DNA of 64,000 bases, from the IMG/VR virus record IMGVR_UViG_3300046373_000136, positions 1-64,000 of that record. One strand, given 5' to 3'. Positions 10,133 to 18,675 of the stretch are shown one piece after another. The stretch comes from a virus. Under the pieces are notes generated by a model. That model made no database searches. It saw nothing but the letters and a program-made list of their open reading frames with translations, and was not told the DNA's origin. Both the position numbers and the translations under genes were made by a program. Every line of letters begins with the position of its first letter. Positions within the stretch are counted from its first letter, which is position 1.

Positions 10133-10645
10133 ATGAGCAACCTAGTCTACCGGGCAATGATGTTTGCCCGTCATGCCCATCAAGGCCAAGTACGCAAGTA
10201 CACCGGGAACCCTTACACCGATCATCTGGCTGAAGTGGCCGGTATAGTCTCCACCGTCATTGATGGAAGCCTGTACAACAACACTCTCATGTTGGCTTGT
10301 GCATGGCTCCATGACTGTGTGGAAGATCAAGGTGTCACTGCAACCCAACTCGCTCTTAAGTTTGGTGGCACGATTGCTGAAGGTGTGTTGCTGCTCTCCG
10401 ATATGGAGACTGGTAACCGTGCTGAGCGTAAAGCACTGTCACGGGTACGACTCGCTGCGGCACCTGGATGGGTACAGACCATCAAGTGCGCTGACTTGAT
10501 CAGCAATACATCATCCATCGTCATGCATGATCCGGCATTTGCCAAGGTCTACCTGCAAGAGAAGATTGCGCTGCTTGATGTCATGGCACATGCCAATGCA
10601 GATTTGCGCCGGCTGGCCTACGCTCAGGCTGAGCAAAAAGCATGA
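10133..10645 (+). CDS. HD-domain hydrolase, RelA/SpoT small alarmone hydrolase (Mesh1-like) type
   Basis: AHQGQVRKYTGNPYTDH...AWLHDCVED...IKCADLISN match the SpoT/Mesh1 HD motifs. Confidence 0.85.
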   Translation: MSNLVYRAMMFARHAHQGQVRKYTGNPYTDHLAEVAGIVSTVIDGSLYNNTLMLACAWLHDCVEDQGVTATQLALKFGGTIAEGVLLLSDMETGNRAERKALSRVRLAAAPGWVQTIKCADLISNTSSIVMHDPAFAKVYLQEKIALLDVMAHANADLRRLAYAQAEQKA

Positions 10646-10998
10646 AACTTGATCTCGATGGTGGCTATCACATCGGTCCACTGTTCGAGATCAGGAAGCA
10701 ACGCTCATTGGTTCGGCCGAAAGGCATGGAAGGACGAGTCCATCGTCATCAGACCAAGCGTGCCACACCTTCCTGGGCCGACATGAAGGCCATTAATACC
10801 GTCTATGCAGAAGCCCGTAGGAAGACGCAGGAGACCGGCGAACTTCATGTGGTAGACCATATAGTGCCCAAGATCAGTAAGCTCGTCTGTGGCCTCCATG
10901 TGCCCTGGAATCTTCAAGTACTGCACTGGCGAGAGAATGCCCAGAAGGGTGCTTACTGGTGGCCGGGTATGCCGAATGAACAACTCCCCCTATTTTAA
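10642..10998 (+). CDS. HNH endonuclease
   Basis: HVVDHIVP...CGLHVPWNLQVL...EN..K. Confidence 0.85.
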   Translation: MKLDLDGGYHIGPLFEIRKQRSLVRPKGMEGRVHRHQTKRATPSWADMKAINTVYAEARRKTQETGELHVVDHIVPKISKLVCGLHVPWNLQVLHWRENAQKGAYWWPGMPNEQLPLF

Positions 10999-11007
10999 GG
11001 AAGAACC

Positions 11008-11187
11008 ATGACAGTACGTGTACTCATCATCGAATCTGAACGTGGCTGGGGCCAGAAGATTGATGAAGTAAAAGAATTCCCCACCCGTGAAAAAGCTCTT
11101 GCATTCTGCAAAGAGTACAACAAGTCTAATGACCAAGTACATGTGCCTGACTGGTACATGGTGGCCCGTATTGAAGGAGAGATGTGA
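11008..11187 (+). CDS. hypothetical protein (59 aa, missing from the ORF track)
   Basis: SD TAAGGA, MTVRVLIIESERGWGQKIDEVKEF...VPDWYMVAR, TGATG overlap with the next gene. Confidence 0.7.
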   Translation: MTVRVLIIESERGWGQKIDEVKEFPTREKALAFCKEYNKSNDQVHVPDWYMVARIEGEM

Positions 11188-11831
11188 TGACCAAGCAAGA
11201 ATTCATGACGTATTTCATGGCTCACTATCCGGAAGGCACAGTGATCCACAATTCCGGCTGGCATGCAGCACGGTTATACCGAGCCATGGGTTCATCCCCT
11301 GCAATGGTGTATCCAGCAGATGCCGAACCGATAGCAACAAATGAACAGGCGAACTATGCCCAGGTATTAAAAGAACGTAATGAGTGTGCCCAACGAAATG
11401 TTGACTTGCTGATTACGGTAAATAATCTGGTTAAAGCACTGGGCATAAGCCCGGACCAGGTAGTCGATGTCATTGCTGCTCAGGGAAAGGTTACCGCACC
11501 AGTAGCAGCGCAGGAGCCTGTCCGTAATGCAACGCTAGAGGAAGCGGCGCTGGCGTGCGAGAAATTGACAACCGGGCCGAACGGCGAATATCGGCTAGAT
11601 ATGAGGGCGAAAGAAGACTTTCGCGCTTGTGCCGAAGCTATTCGAGCATTGAAGGCATCGCAGCCAGCGCAGGGCGAGCAGATGATTTCAGTTGAAGAAA
11701 TGAATCGACGGATAGCGCAGGGCGAGCGCCAGCCTACAGGTTTCCCTTATGCCGGTTGCAGCGACAGGCAATCATGCCGTGGTGCAGGATTCTGCATGGA
11801 TGGCCAGAAACTCTGCGACAGCCGCGCATAA
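11187..11831 (+). CDS. mosaic hypothetical protein (lambdoid-type variable domains)
   Basis: SD AAGGAG. Segments are joined by APVAAQEP / QPAQGEQ / IAQGER linkers; contains an RNATLEEAA...CAEAIRALK module. Confidence 0.7.
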   Translation: MTKQEFMTYFMAHYPEGTVIHNSGWHAARLYRAMGSSPAMVYPADAEPIATNEQANYAQVLKERNECAQRNVDLLITVNNLVKALGISPDQVVDVIAAQGKVTAPVAAQEPVRNATLEEAALACEKLTTGPNGEYRLDMRAKEDFRACAEAIRALKASQPAQGEQMISVEEMNRRIAQGERQPTGFPYAGCSDRQSCRGAGFCMDGQKLCDSRA

Positions 11832-12333
11832 CGAAAAAATAGCTGAATTATGTAAAACCGCACACTTTATTTGAGTTTACAGACTACACCAAAAGGACAA
11901 TGAAATGCATAAATCACAAATCGAAGCCGTTATCCTCGCAGTTGCCGAAATCCCCGACCGGGACAGCCCGGAAGATCAGCCAGAAATGATGCTGGTGAGC
12001 GATAAGGAATTAAGGAGCATTTTGGAAGAGCGCGCAGCTTGCACGCTGACCATTAAACCCGATGGCGACGAAGAAGTTCGCTACAAGTTGAATGATGTAG
12101 AAATGATAACTGCCAATCACGATGATGACGGGTGGGCCGGCATGGAGCGCATTGACAAACTTATGCGAAGGATCGCGTATGTGATCGGCGCGGAAGTGGT
12201 TGAAGAATAACAACAAAGACTTTCCATAATCCAAGTGGTGCGGCGCAAAAACGAAATCGGCTAATCAGCAAAGGCTGAAAACGCGAATTCGCCATAATCG
12301 GACATCGCGCACGGAACGAGCGTTATGACAAAT
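11821..12333. mobile_element. putative Xer/dif-arm-flanked single-gene cassette
   Basis: Five TTATG-type 11-mers resembling XerC/XerD arms at 11821, 11848, 12219, 12287 and 12323 bracket ORF 11905-12210. Confidence 0.4.
11905..12210 (+). CDS. hypothetical protein (cassette cargo)
   Basis: 101 aa, SD AAGGA; VAEIPDRDSPEDQPEMMLVS motif. Confidence 0.7.
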   Translation: MHKSQIEAVILAVAEIPDRDSPEDQPEMMLVSDKELRSILEERAACTLTIKPDGDEEVRYKLNDVEMITANHDDDGWAGMERIDKLMRRIAYVIGAEVVEE

Positions 12334-12352
12334 ATTAATTAAGGAGTAATGC

Positions 12353-12901
12353 ATGAACCCGAGAGACTTTAACCTGAAGAAGCTGCTCGCCATGGCGCAC
12401 AGTCCCGTCAAGAATTACATCATCCCCGGTTTGACCAGCAGCTTGATTGGTGGTCAACCGGGTATTGATGGCTGTGTGCGCCTGTTTCAGTGTGAGCGTG
12501 ATCATCAAGAGAACATCACACCGCACAGTCATCGCTTCAGCTTCCAGTGTTGGGTCATCGAAGGCACTGTCACCAACCGGATATGGCAACCCGCTTCTGC
12601 ACATGCTATGGAAGTGGATCAATACGCCATGACCACATTGAAATTCGATGGCATGGGCAACTATGAACGGGACATCACCACCAGACATCGCTTCCATTAC
12701 CAAGACTATGAGTATGTCTCTGGGGAATGCTATAGCATGACGGCAACACAAATCCATTCCATCCGGTTCTCCCGTGGTGCAGTGGTGTTGTTCTTCGAAG
12801 GTCCACAGGAACGGGAAAACTCTGTGATCCTGGAACCCATAGTGGACAACGAAGTGATACCCACCTTTAAAGTGGAACCCTGGATGTTCAAACGCAATTA
12901 A
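12353..12901 (+). CDS. putative cupin-fold metalloprotein
   Basis: TPHSHRFSF...IEG...YSMTATQIHSI gives the HxH...H cupin pattern; SD TAAGGAG. Confidence 0.6.
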   Translation: MNPRDFNLKKLLAMAHSPVKNYIIPGLTSSLIGGQPGIDGCVRLFQCERDHQENITPHSHRFSFQCWVIEGTVTNRIWQPASAHAMEVDQYAMTTLKFDGMGNYERDITTRHRFHYQDYEYVSGECYSMTATQIHSIRFSRGAVVLFFEGPQERENSVILEPIVDNEVIPTFKVEPWMFKRN

Positions 12902-12917
12902 ACCAAGGAGCAGAACC

Positions 12918-13247
12918 ATGAAACACAACAAGAAGATCGTACTCGCTACCATCATGGCTCTGTCCCTGTATGGTGCAGTCCGTGTGGCCCTGGCCACCAC
13001 TTACGAGAAGCCCAACCGTGCAGGTGGGCAGATCGTTCTCAGTGAGCGTCAAGGAAGCTGTGACAAAGGCATGCTGGCCGCTTACACCACCAGTAAAGAT
13101 GGTGATGTGCAGTTCGGTTGCTGGGGCTTTAACGATGGTCGAGTATTTCTGATCGTCAATGATCAGGTCGTCGTGCATGAACCATCGAGCTTCACCAAGA
13201 AGAATGAAACAGCCGCTTCCAAGCCAGCCACAGTGAAGGGGATGTAG
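12918..13247 (+). CDS. exported protein with signal peptide
   Basis: MKHNKKIVLATIMALSLYGAVRVALA signal peptide; two Cys; SD AAGGAG. Confidence 0.7.
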   Translation: MKHNKKIVLATIMALSLYGAVRVALATTYEKPNRAGGQIVLSERQGSCDKGMLAAYTTSKDGDVQFGCWGFNDGRVFLIVNDQVVVHEPSSFTKKNETAASKPATVKGM

Positions 13248-13858
13248 TGAATCCCCTACGTGTTCTATTGAGCCAGATCAAAGAAGGGAACGCCTTCGCC
13301 AAATGGTGCTATACATGCAACTCCGTTGCCAGTCTGACACCAAGAGGTGAGATCATGAAATACCATGCTGGGGATCGAGTACGACTTGTAGGCTTCAACA
13401 AGGAAGGCGTCATCGAGAACACCGAGGGGAGCAAGCTGCATCCCTATTATGTGGTCAGCGATGACGGCACGGTGGAGGATTACTTTACTGAACTGGACAT
13501 GGAGCCTTCCAAGATTCCTGTTTTAAATGATGCAGCCATAGATCGTATCTTGGTTGGCTTGCATCTTCCAATGCACGACCCAGAACAAGTTAAAAAACTA
13601 CGTGAGGTGGTGCGTCAGGCAGTCTCCCTAGCGCCGGCTCTGCCGGAGCGACGGGAGCTGCCAGAGAGAGATACATTAATGAACCAGGATATTGCCAATG
13701 ATGCCAATATGTTCGAGGCTATCCTGGGCTTTAACCCTCTCCGCAGAAACAGCAGCGCCTATCCATGGGGCTGGTGCTATGTCTCTGAGACTGTGCAGCG
13801 TCAGTTCCAGGACTACTGTAGTGGGCCGAAGAATAAAGGGAACATTCCCCGTACTTAG
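13247..13858 (+). CDS. hypothetical mosaic protein (true start may be 13355)
   Basis: SH3-like KYHAGDRVRL...YYVVSDDG follows an internal SD GAGGTG at the alternative start. Confidence 0.6.
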   Translation: MNPLRVLLSQIKEGNAFAKWCYTCNSVASLTPRGEIMKYHAGDRVRLVGFNKEGVIENTEGSKLHPYYVVSDDGTVEDYFTELDMEPSKIPVLNDAAIDRILVGLHLPMHDPEQVKKLREVVRQAVSLAPALPERRELPERDTLMNQDIANDANMFEAILGFNPLRRNSSAYPWGWCYVSETVQRQFQDYCSGPKNKGNIPRT

Positions 13859-14070
13859 TCATTAAGAGGAAGACTCAATGCATCTTCCATATCCCGGAGC
13901 AGGATACGCAAATCCCCGTTGGCCAAATGTTGGTTGTGCACCAAGCGACGAGCAACTTGTTCTATCTTCTCCCACTTGGTTCGTTGTTCCCCACTCACCA
14001 TTTCCAGTGGTCCCTTGTCCTTGGATGAGGACAAGGTGATGTTCAAGATATCGGTATCTTCTTCTGCCAT
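13855..14070 (-). CDS. hypothetical protein, last gene of the minus-strand late block
   Basis: 71 aa, abuts the TraR-like gene; stop overlaps the converging + strand stop. Confidence 0.55.
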   Translation of the reverse strand: MAEEDTDILNITLSSSKDKGPLEMVSGEQRTKWEKIEQVARRLVHNQHLANGDLRILLRDMEDALSLPLND

Positions 14071-14280
14071 TCATCTTCCCGCTCGCTCACGTAAGCGGTC
14101 CTCCCTTTCAAAATCTACTCGACACTCTGTGTTGCAGAACAACTGCCCTACCTTGGGCAGTAGCTCATCACAGTAGTGACAACTCCCTGCCGGCACCAGC
14201 TTGCTGTGCTTGCGCACGCTGCGCTGAGCCGTCAGCATTTGTTCGGCCACATCATTAGCCTGGTCAATGATGTCAGCCAT
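14071..14280 (-). CDS. TraR/DksA-like C4 zinc-finger transcription regulator
   Basis: N-terminal MADIIDQA (DxxDxA) plus CHYC...FCNTEC and a C-terminal helix; 69 aa. Confidence 0.8.
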   Translation of the reverse strand: MADIIDQANDVAEQMLTAQRSVRKHSKLVPAGSCHYCDELLPKVGQLFCNTECRVDFEREDRLRERAGR

Positions 14281-14281
14281 G

Positions 14282-14767
14282 TCAGTCCTTGAAGCAGTTG
14301 GATGATTCGACCCGTGCCCTTAGGGTGCGGTAGTCGGCAATGATGCTGTCGGCGTCGGTTGCAAGCTGTCGAAGATCGCCTGTAAACGACTCTGGAAGGT
14401 ACCCGGTGCGGGGATTGGTTTGCTCAGGACTTCCGGCCTTGGTGGCTTGGGTGGTTCCGGCAATTCCACAGAACTTCGTGGCATCGACTGGCACCCGCTT
14501 ACCAGCATTGTGAGCAGCAGTAGCCCGTACATCAGCCAGTTCTTTTTCATGGTTCGTGCTTTCCAGTTCTGCATTGACCCGGTAGGTATCGGCCAATGCA
14601 CTGTTTTCAGATACGCGAACGGACAGTCTTTGAATGGTCTCCGCTTGTACAGCGACGTTGACCGCATTCTGTCCGTACTTGTTGCCAGCCTCATACACGC
14701 CCCAGTAGCTACCAAGCAGGGCGAGTATGAGAGCCAGTGCAATTGCTGCCTTGGCTCCCATTCCCAT
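14282..14767 (-). CDS. Rz: i-spanin
   Basis: One N-terminal TM helix followed by a periplasmic coiled coil; contains an embedded lipoprotein gene in another frame. Confidence 0.8.
   Translation of the reverse strand: MGMGAKAAIALALILALLGSYWGVYEAGNKYGQNAVNVAVQAETIQRLSVRVSENSALADTYRVNAELESTNHEKELADVRATAAHNAGKRVPVDATKFCGIAGTTQATKAGSPEQTNPRTGYLPESFTGDLRQLATDADSIIADYRTLRARVESSNCFKD
14320..14550 (-). CDS. Rz1: o-spanin lipoprotein fully embedded in Rz
   Basis: MKKNWLMYGLLLLTMLVSG-C lipobox, Pro-rich mature part (PEPPKPPRP), 76 aa. Confidence 0.8.
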   Translation of the reverse strand: MKKNWLMYGLLLLTMLVSGCQSMPRSSVELPEPPKPPRPEVLSKPIPAPGTFQSRLQAIFDSLQPTPTASLPTTAP

Positions 14768-14769
14768 GA

Positions 14770-17700
14770 TTACGCTACCGGCAAGGTAAAGACAGAAGGC
14801 GTGATGCCCACCACCTTGAGTGCACCGGTCTGGATCGAGCTTGTTTGCCCGTTTGCCGTAACCACCACCCGCAGCTTCCAGGAGCCTTTAGGCAGCGTTG
14901 CCTGCTTCGAATACAAGCCACTGGCAACGGTAGCTGCACCGAGTGAGATCGCAGCACCAGAGGGCTGTGGATCAGCGAAAACCGCTACGCTGCCATTGAG
15001 ATCGCCCTGGAAGTCCACAGACCCGCTAATCGTGGCAGTTTTACCTGACAAGATTTGGCCATCTTGCGTTGAACGTGTGACCACCGGTGCGGCCGGAACC
15101 GGATCAGTTCCCCCTGTACCAGAAGCACCACTATCAAAGGTCAGACCACCGACACCTGCAATCTCGAAGGCCGGGGCACCTGTTGCACCGGAGACACCAC
15201 CTGCATTGAAGAAGCTGAACACAGGGATATGGCTACCTGGCTCAATCGTATCCAGCTCGACAGAGAAAGTACCATCACCCAACGTTACCGGGTAAGGCCC
15301 ACTGCGTGTGGTGTCCGGTGAGTTCGGAACCAGGCTCAGGAATGCCGAGGTTGGATTATTGGTAGTGGTACCACTCCACGTCACCGATTGACCATCAGGA
15401 CCGAGAACCGAGGTTACTCGAGCCACCGTCAATGGTGTCGCTGGCGTACGTTGCACAGGACCGATGTCTGGTGTCAGACCTCGGTTGTTACCTCGCAGAT
15501 CGTTTGTGGAACGTGCACGGAGATTGGCAGCACCAATCAATGCACCCGCAGCCGATGGCGTGTAATCACTGTTGGCATCCACCACGAAGTTGTTGGCCAG
15601 CACATAGCCGACTTGCGCCATGTCTTGATTGCCCACAGTCGAACCACCCGTGATTGCTGTATCGAACACGTTGTTGAGGAACCGGTTCCATGCACTGTCG
15701 CTGTTGGTGAGGCGGCTACCACAGTTGATGCCCCAGGAATTTTCCATGGCCACCAAGCTGACATCGTTGAAGATGCGGGTAGTGAACACCCCCTTACGTA
15801 CGATACCGCAGCCTTGCAAGTCCACTTGATCATTGAACAGAACTTGGTCCGGACCTTCCTGGATGATCAGGCAGCTCCGCATCCGAGCACGCACACCATA
15901 ACCACCGAAGCCAAGGCTACGATTGCTGTTGGCAGCACGGATACGGCAATTGGTGAATGTCGGCTGATAAGCACCACCCTGACCGTAGCCATTCGCAGCA
16001 GCACCCAGTGCAGCGTAGTAACTACGCCCAGCGGAAGATGGATCATCCGTCAGGTCCACATTCACACCAACCAGTTCACAGCCCTGGTTCACATTGAAAC
16101 CATTGGCAAAGCCGGAAGATAACGTCAGGCCGGTTACATTGAAATTCACTGGACCCAAGGCTGACATACCCAGTCCCGCCGCAGGACGGACGATGACATG
16201 GCAATCCTCATTCGAGGTTGCCGGCAGCAGGTTCACACCATCTGCACTCATGCTTTGGGTCAGCTCAGCGACCACCGACACACCCATGCCGACCACATCC
16301 AAGCCACGTACGTAATCCGAAAAGCTCCGGAATTCCGTATTGTTGGTGATGGTCCGGACGATGGCGTAATCAGCCCGGTAAGGCTGGTCAGCCGGCATGG
16401 CTACCGCAGAGGTGGAAGCAAAGTGCACCACGGAATCTGTTGGCTGTGTTGCGCTGATCGTGAAGTTACCACTGGCATAACCAGAACGGTTTGGTCCGAG
16501 AGTGATGCTGGATGGCGTGAAGGTAAGACCGGCACCCGACAGCTCAATCGTAACAGCGTCGTTCAGGATACCGTTAGCTGCCAGTCGATAGGAAGGCGAG
16601 TTACCCACTGGGCCACCATTGGTCATCGTAACCACGATGGCCGTTGCTGTAGGCACAGGCAGGAAAGCATCTGCATGCTTGCTGGCACCCGGTGCTGGAT
16701 CGGTGAAGGTCGCGTTGTTCACCGAGAAGGCACCCGACATCACTTTCGTGACATAGGCACCAGTAGCGCCGTAACGCACCAGGGTATTGGTTGGCACAGT
16801 GGCATTGGCGCCTTCACCCCCGAGATACACCCATTCGTACGGTGCAACGTTATTGGTGACTGGCGTCGAACCAAAGGAAGCAAGCTGGTTGCCTGCAATA
16901 TCCGTGATCGGATTGCTTCCTGGCTTGACGTAAGACACATCAGGCACATCCGAGATCGTGATTGCAGGTGTGATCCCCGACAAGGTGACCTTGTTGCTTG
17001 CAATGGCCAGAGCACTGGCCGTATGACCTGTCAGCGGAAAAGCGCTTAGTGCAGTTACCGTTACAGCCAGGGATTCACTGAACGTCAATTCCACACTGGT
17101 ACCGTCTGCCGAAGTAACGGCAGATACTAGGGTTGGTGGAGTGGTATCAGTAATAGCAGGGTTAACAATGTTGTTGACTGCCTGATTTGTAAAAGATGCT
17201 AGCGTGCCGCCATCCGTATCTTGAATGAAGTTCGAGACTGGCTTGGTGTAGCTAAATGCGATGGTTTCGCCTTGTGTGAAGTTCGGCGCAACTGCAATCA
17301 CAAGCTGCGTATCTACAGCGCCACCGGATACTGCCGTTACCGTATGTCCTGGCACACTAAAGGCAGCAACGGGATTGCCGATAGGTAATTTTAGTGAGGT
17401 GGTGAAGTTCAGTCGGATGGAACCACCTGCAATGCTAGTTGCTGCCGAACCAATCGCCATGTTTGCTGGTGCTGAAGCTGTCTTGACCATCTGTGCAGGA
17501 CTTGCAGTCAATGCATTCAGGTCAGCGGCGTTCTTGGCAACACCAGGATACACGGTGTACCACTTGAACTTGGCTGCTGCTCCGCCATTGAAGTCATCAT
17601 GTGCACCAAGTACCTCATCACCAAAAACAAAGCCATTGGTGAAAGTTGCCGAACCCGCTGCTACACCATTGACCGAGAACAGAATTGCACCATTGGCATC

Positions 17701-18660
17701 ACAGGAGATACCTACTGTATTTTCACCTGCATGCAGAATACCTGCCGCAGAAGTAAAAATGGCCGCTATGTTGTCTTTGTTGAGAAAGAAGGAACCATCT
17801 GGGATAGTTCCCATGTAGACCGCACCCCCCGAATACCCACCACCACTTCCGTTGTAGTTGGTATTGAACAAGTCAATTGCTGCACCTGCAAAGTCGAAGG
17901 TGATAACACGGGTAAATACCGGATTATTAAATGCAGCATGGATACCCAAACCAATTCTAGAAGTAGATCCAAATCCACCTGCTGTTGTGATGCCATCTGA
18001 ATTGGCAACAGGGGGAGTAGAACCAGCCAATGCAACAGGATAGGCACCTGCATCAAGCGATTGCAGATTTCCTGTTGCCAATGGGTAAATTACTGCACCA
18101 GCAGCAAAGGCATTAGTCGAGTCAATGCCCAACGGGCTAACTGGGCGATTTACACCAATACCTCCGGTACCTGCCAATTTTGATATGACAGTATTGAGTG
18201 TAGGAAATGCGACAAAATAAACAGCTTCGGCACTACGCCCAGTCAAGTCCCAAATTGTCGTAAAGGTTGCACCCGCATCTATCGAGTAAGCCACATTCAC
18301 TGTGGTACCGGTTCGAGTAAGGCGAATGAGTGCACCATTAACAATTGCAGGTGCCCCCCATCCTGCTTCACTACCATTGAACATGGGGTGATAATTATCA
18401 CCAAGTAACAGGGCAACACCTGTTTCAATATCTGCCAAACCTGTGGGATTTGGATTTGTGGTTAAGCCGTAAAATGATTTTTCCTGAAGATCCACTTTGA
18501 AAGTGAATGAACCATTTCCCCCTGCGGGGAGATGGTAGTCAGAAATACCATGACCACCAATGGTATTACCAGTGCCATTATTTGTTGCGGTATAAATCAG
18601 GGCATCGGGTGCCCCTGATTCAGTGATGGCTACCAGACTTTTTAAGCGAAGTTTTGTCAT
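14770..18660 (-). CDS. large multi-domain tail fibre / adhesin-like protein
   Basis: 1296 aa, G/T/S/A-rich. Two SwmB-like repeats, a DPAPG..K lectin-like segment, a beta-helix ending ...NDLRGNNRGLTPDIGPVQ, and Ig-like C-terminal domains. Confidence 0.7.
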   Translation of the reverse strand: MTKLRLKSLVAITESGAPDALIYTATNNGTGNTIGGHGISDYHLPAGGNGSFTFKVDLQEKSFYGLTTNPNPTGLADIETGVALLLGDNYHPMFNGSEAGWGAPAIVNGALIRLTRTGTTVNVAYSIDAGATFTTIWDLTGRSAEAVYFVAFPTLNTVISKLAGTGGIGVNRPVSPLGIDSTNAFAAGAVIYPLATGNLQSLDAGAYPVALAGSTPPVANSDGITTAGGFGSTSRIGLGIHAAFNNPVFTRVITFDFAGAAIDLFNTNYNGSGGGYSGGAVYMGTIPDGSFFLNKDNIAAIFTSAAGILHAGENTVGISCDANGAILFSVNGVAAGSATFTNGFVFGDEVLGAHDDFNGGAAAKFKWYTVYPGVAKNAADLNALTASPAQMVKTASAPANMAIGSAATSIAGGSIRLNFTTSLKLPIGNPVAAFSVPGHTVTAVSGGAVDTQLVIAVAPNFTQGETIAFSYTKPVSNFIQDTDGGTLASFTNQAVNNIVNPAITDTTPPTLVSAVTSADGTSVELTFSESLAVTVTALSAFPLTGHTASALAIASNKVTLSGITPAITISDVPDVSYVKPGSNPITDIAGNQLASFGSTPVTNNVAPYEWVYLGGEGANATVPTNTLVRYGATGAYVTKVMSGAFSVNNATFTDPAPGASKHADAFLPVPTATAIVVTMTNGGPVGNSPSYRLAANGILNDAVTIELSGAGLTFTPSSITLGPNRSGYASGNFTISATQPTDSVVHFASTSAVAMPADQPYRADYAIVRTITNNTEFRSFSDYVRGLDVVGMGVSVVAELTQSMSADGVNLLPATSNEDCHVIVRPAAGLGMSALGPVNFNVTGLTLSSGFANGFNVNQGCELVGVNVDLTDDPSSAGRSYYAALGAAANGYGQGGAYQPTFTNCRIRAANSNRSLGFGGYGVRARMRSCLIIQEGPDQVLFNDQVDLQGCGIVRKGVFTTRIFNDVSLVAMENSWGINCGSRLTNSDSAWNRFLNNVFDTAITGGSTVGNQDMAQVGYVLANNFVVDANSDYTPSAAGALIGAANLRARSTNDLRGNNRGLTPDIGPVQRTPATPLTVARVTSVLGPDGQSVTWSGTTTNNPTSAFLSLVPNSPDTTRSGPYPVTLGDGTFSVELDTIEPGSHIPVFSFFNAGGVSGATGAPAFEIAGVGGLTFDSGASGTGGTDPVPAAPVVTRSTQDGQILSGKTATISGSVDFQGDLNGSVAVFADPQPSGAAISLGAATVASGLYSKQATLPKGSWKLRVVVTANGQTSSIQTGALKVVGITPSVFTLPVA

Positions 18661-18675
18661 TCTGTATTCCCCTGA

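Noticed and set aside
12204-12333. Integron attC site (TAAC...GTTA)
   Set aside because: The inner sequences do not form the extended attC palindrome and no integrase is present; Xer-like arms fit better.
14320-14550. Embedded Rz1 as a novel overlapping gene
   Set aside because: A real feature, but the embedded spanin architecture is well known.
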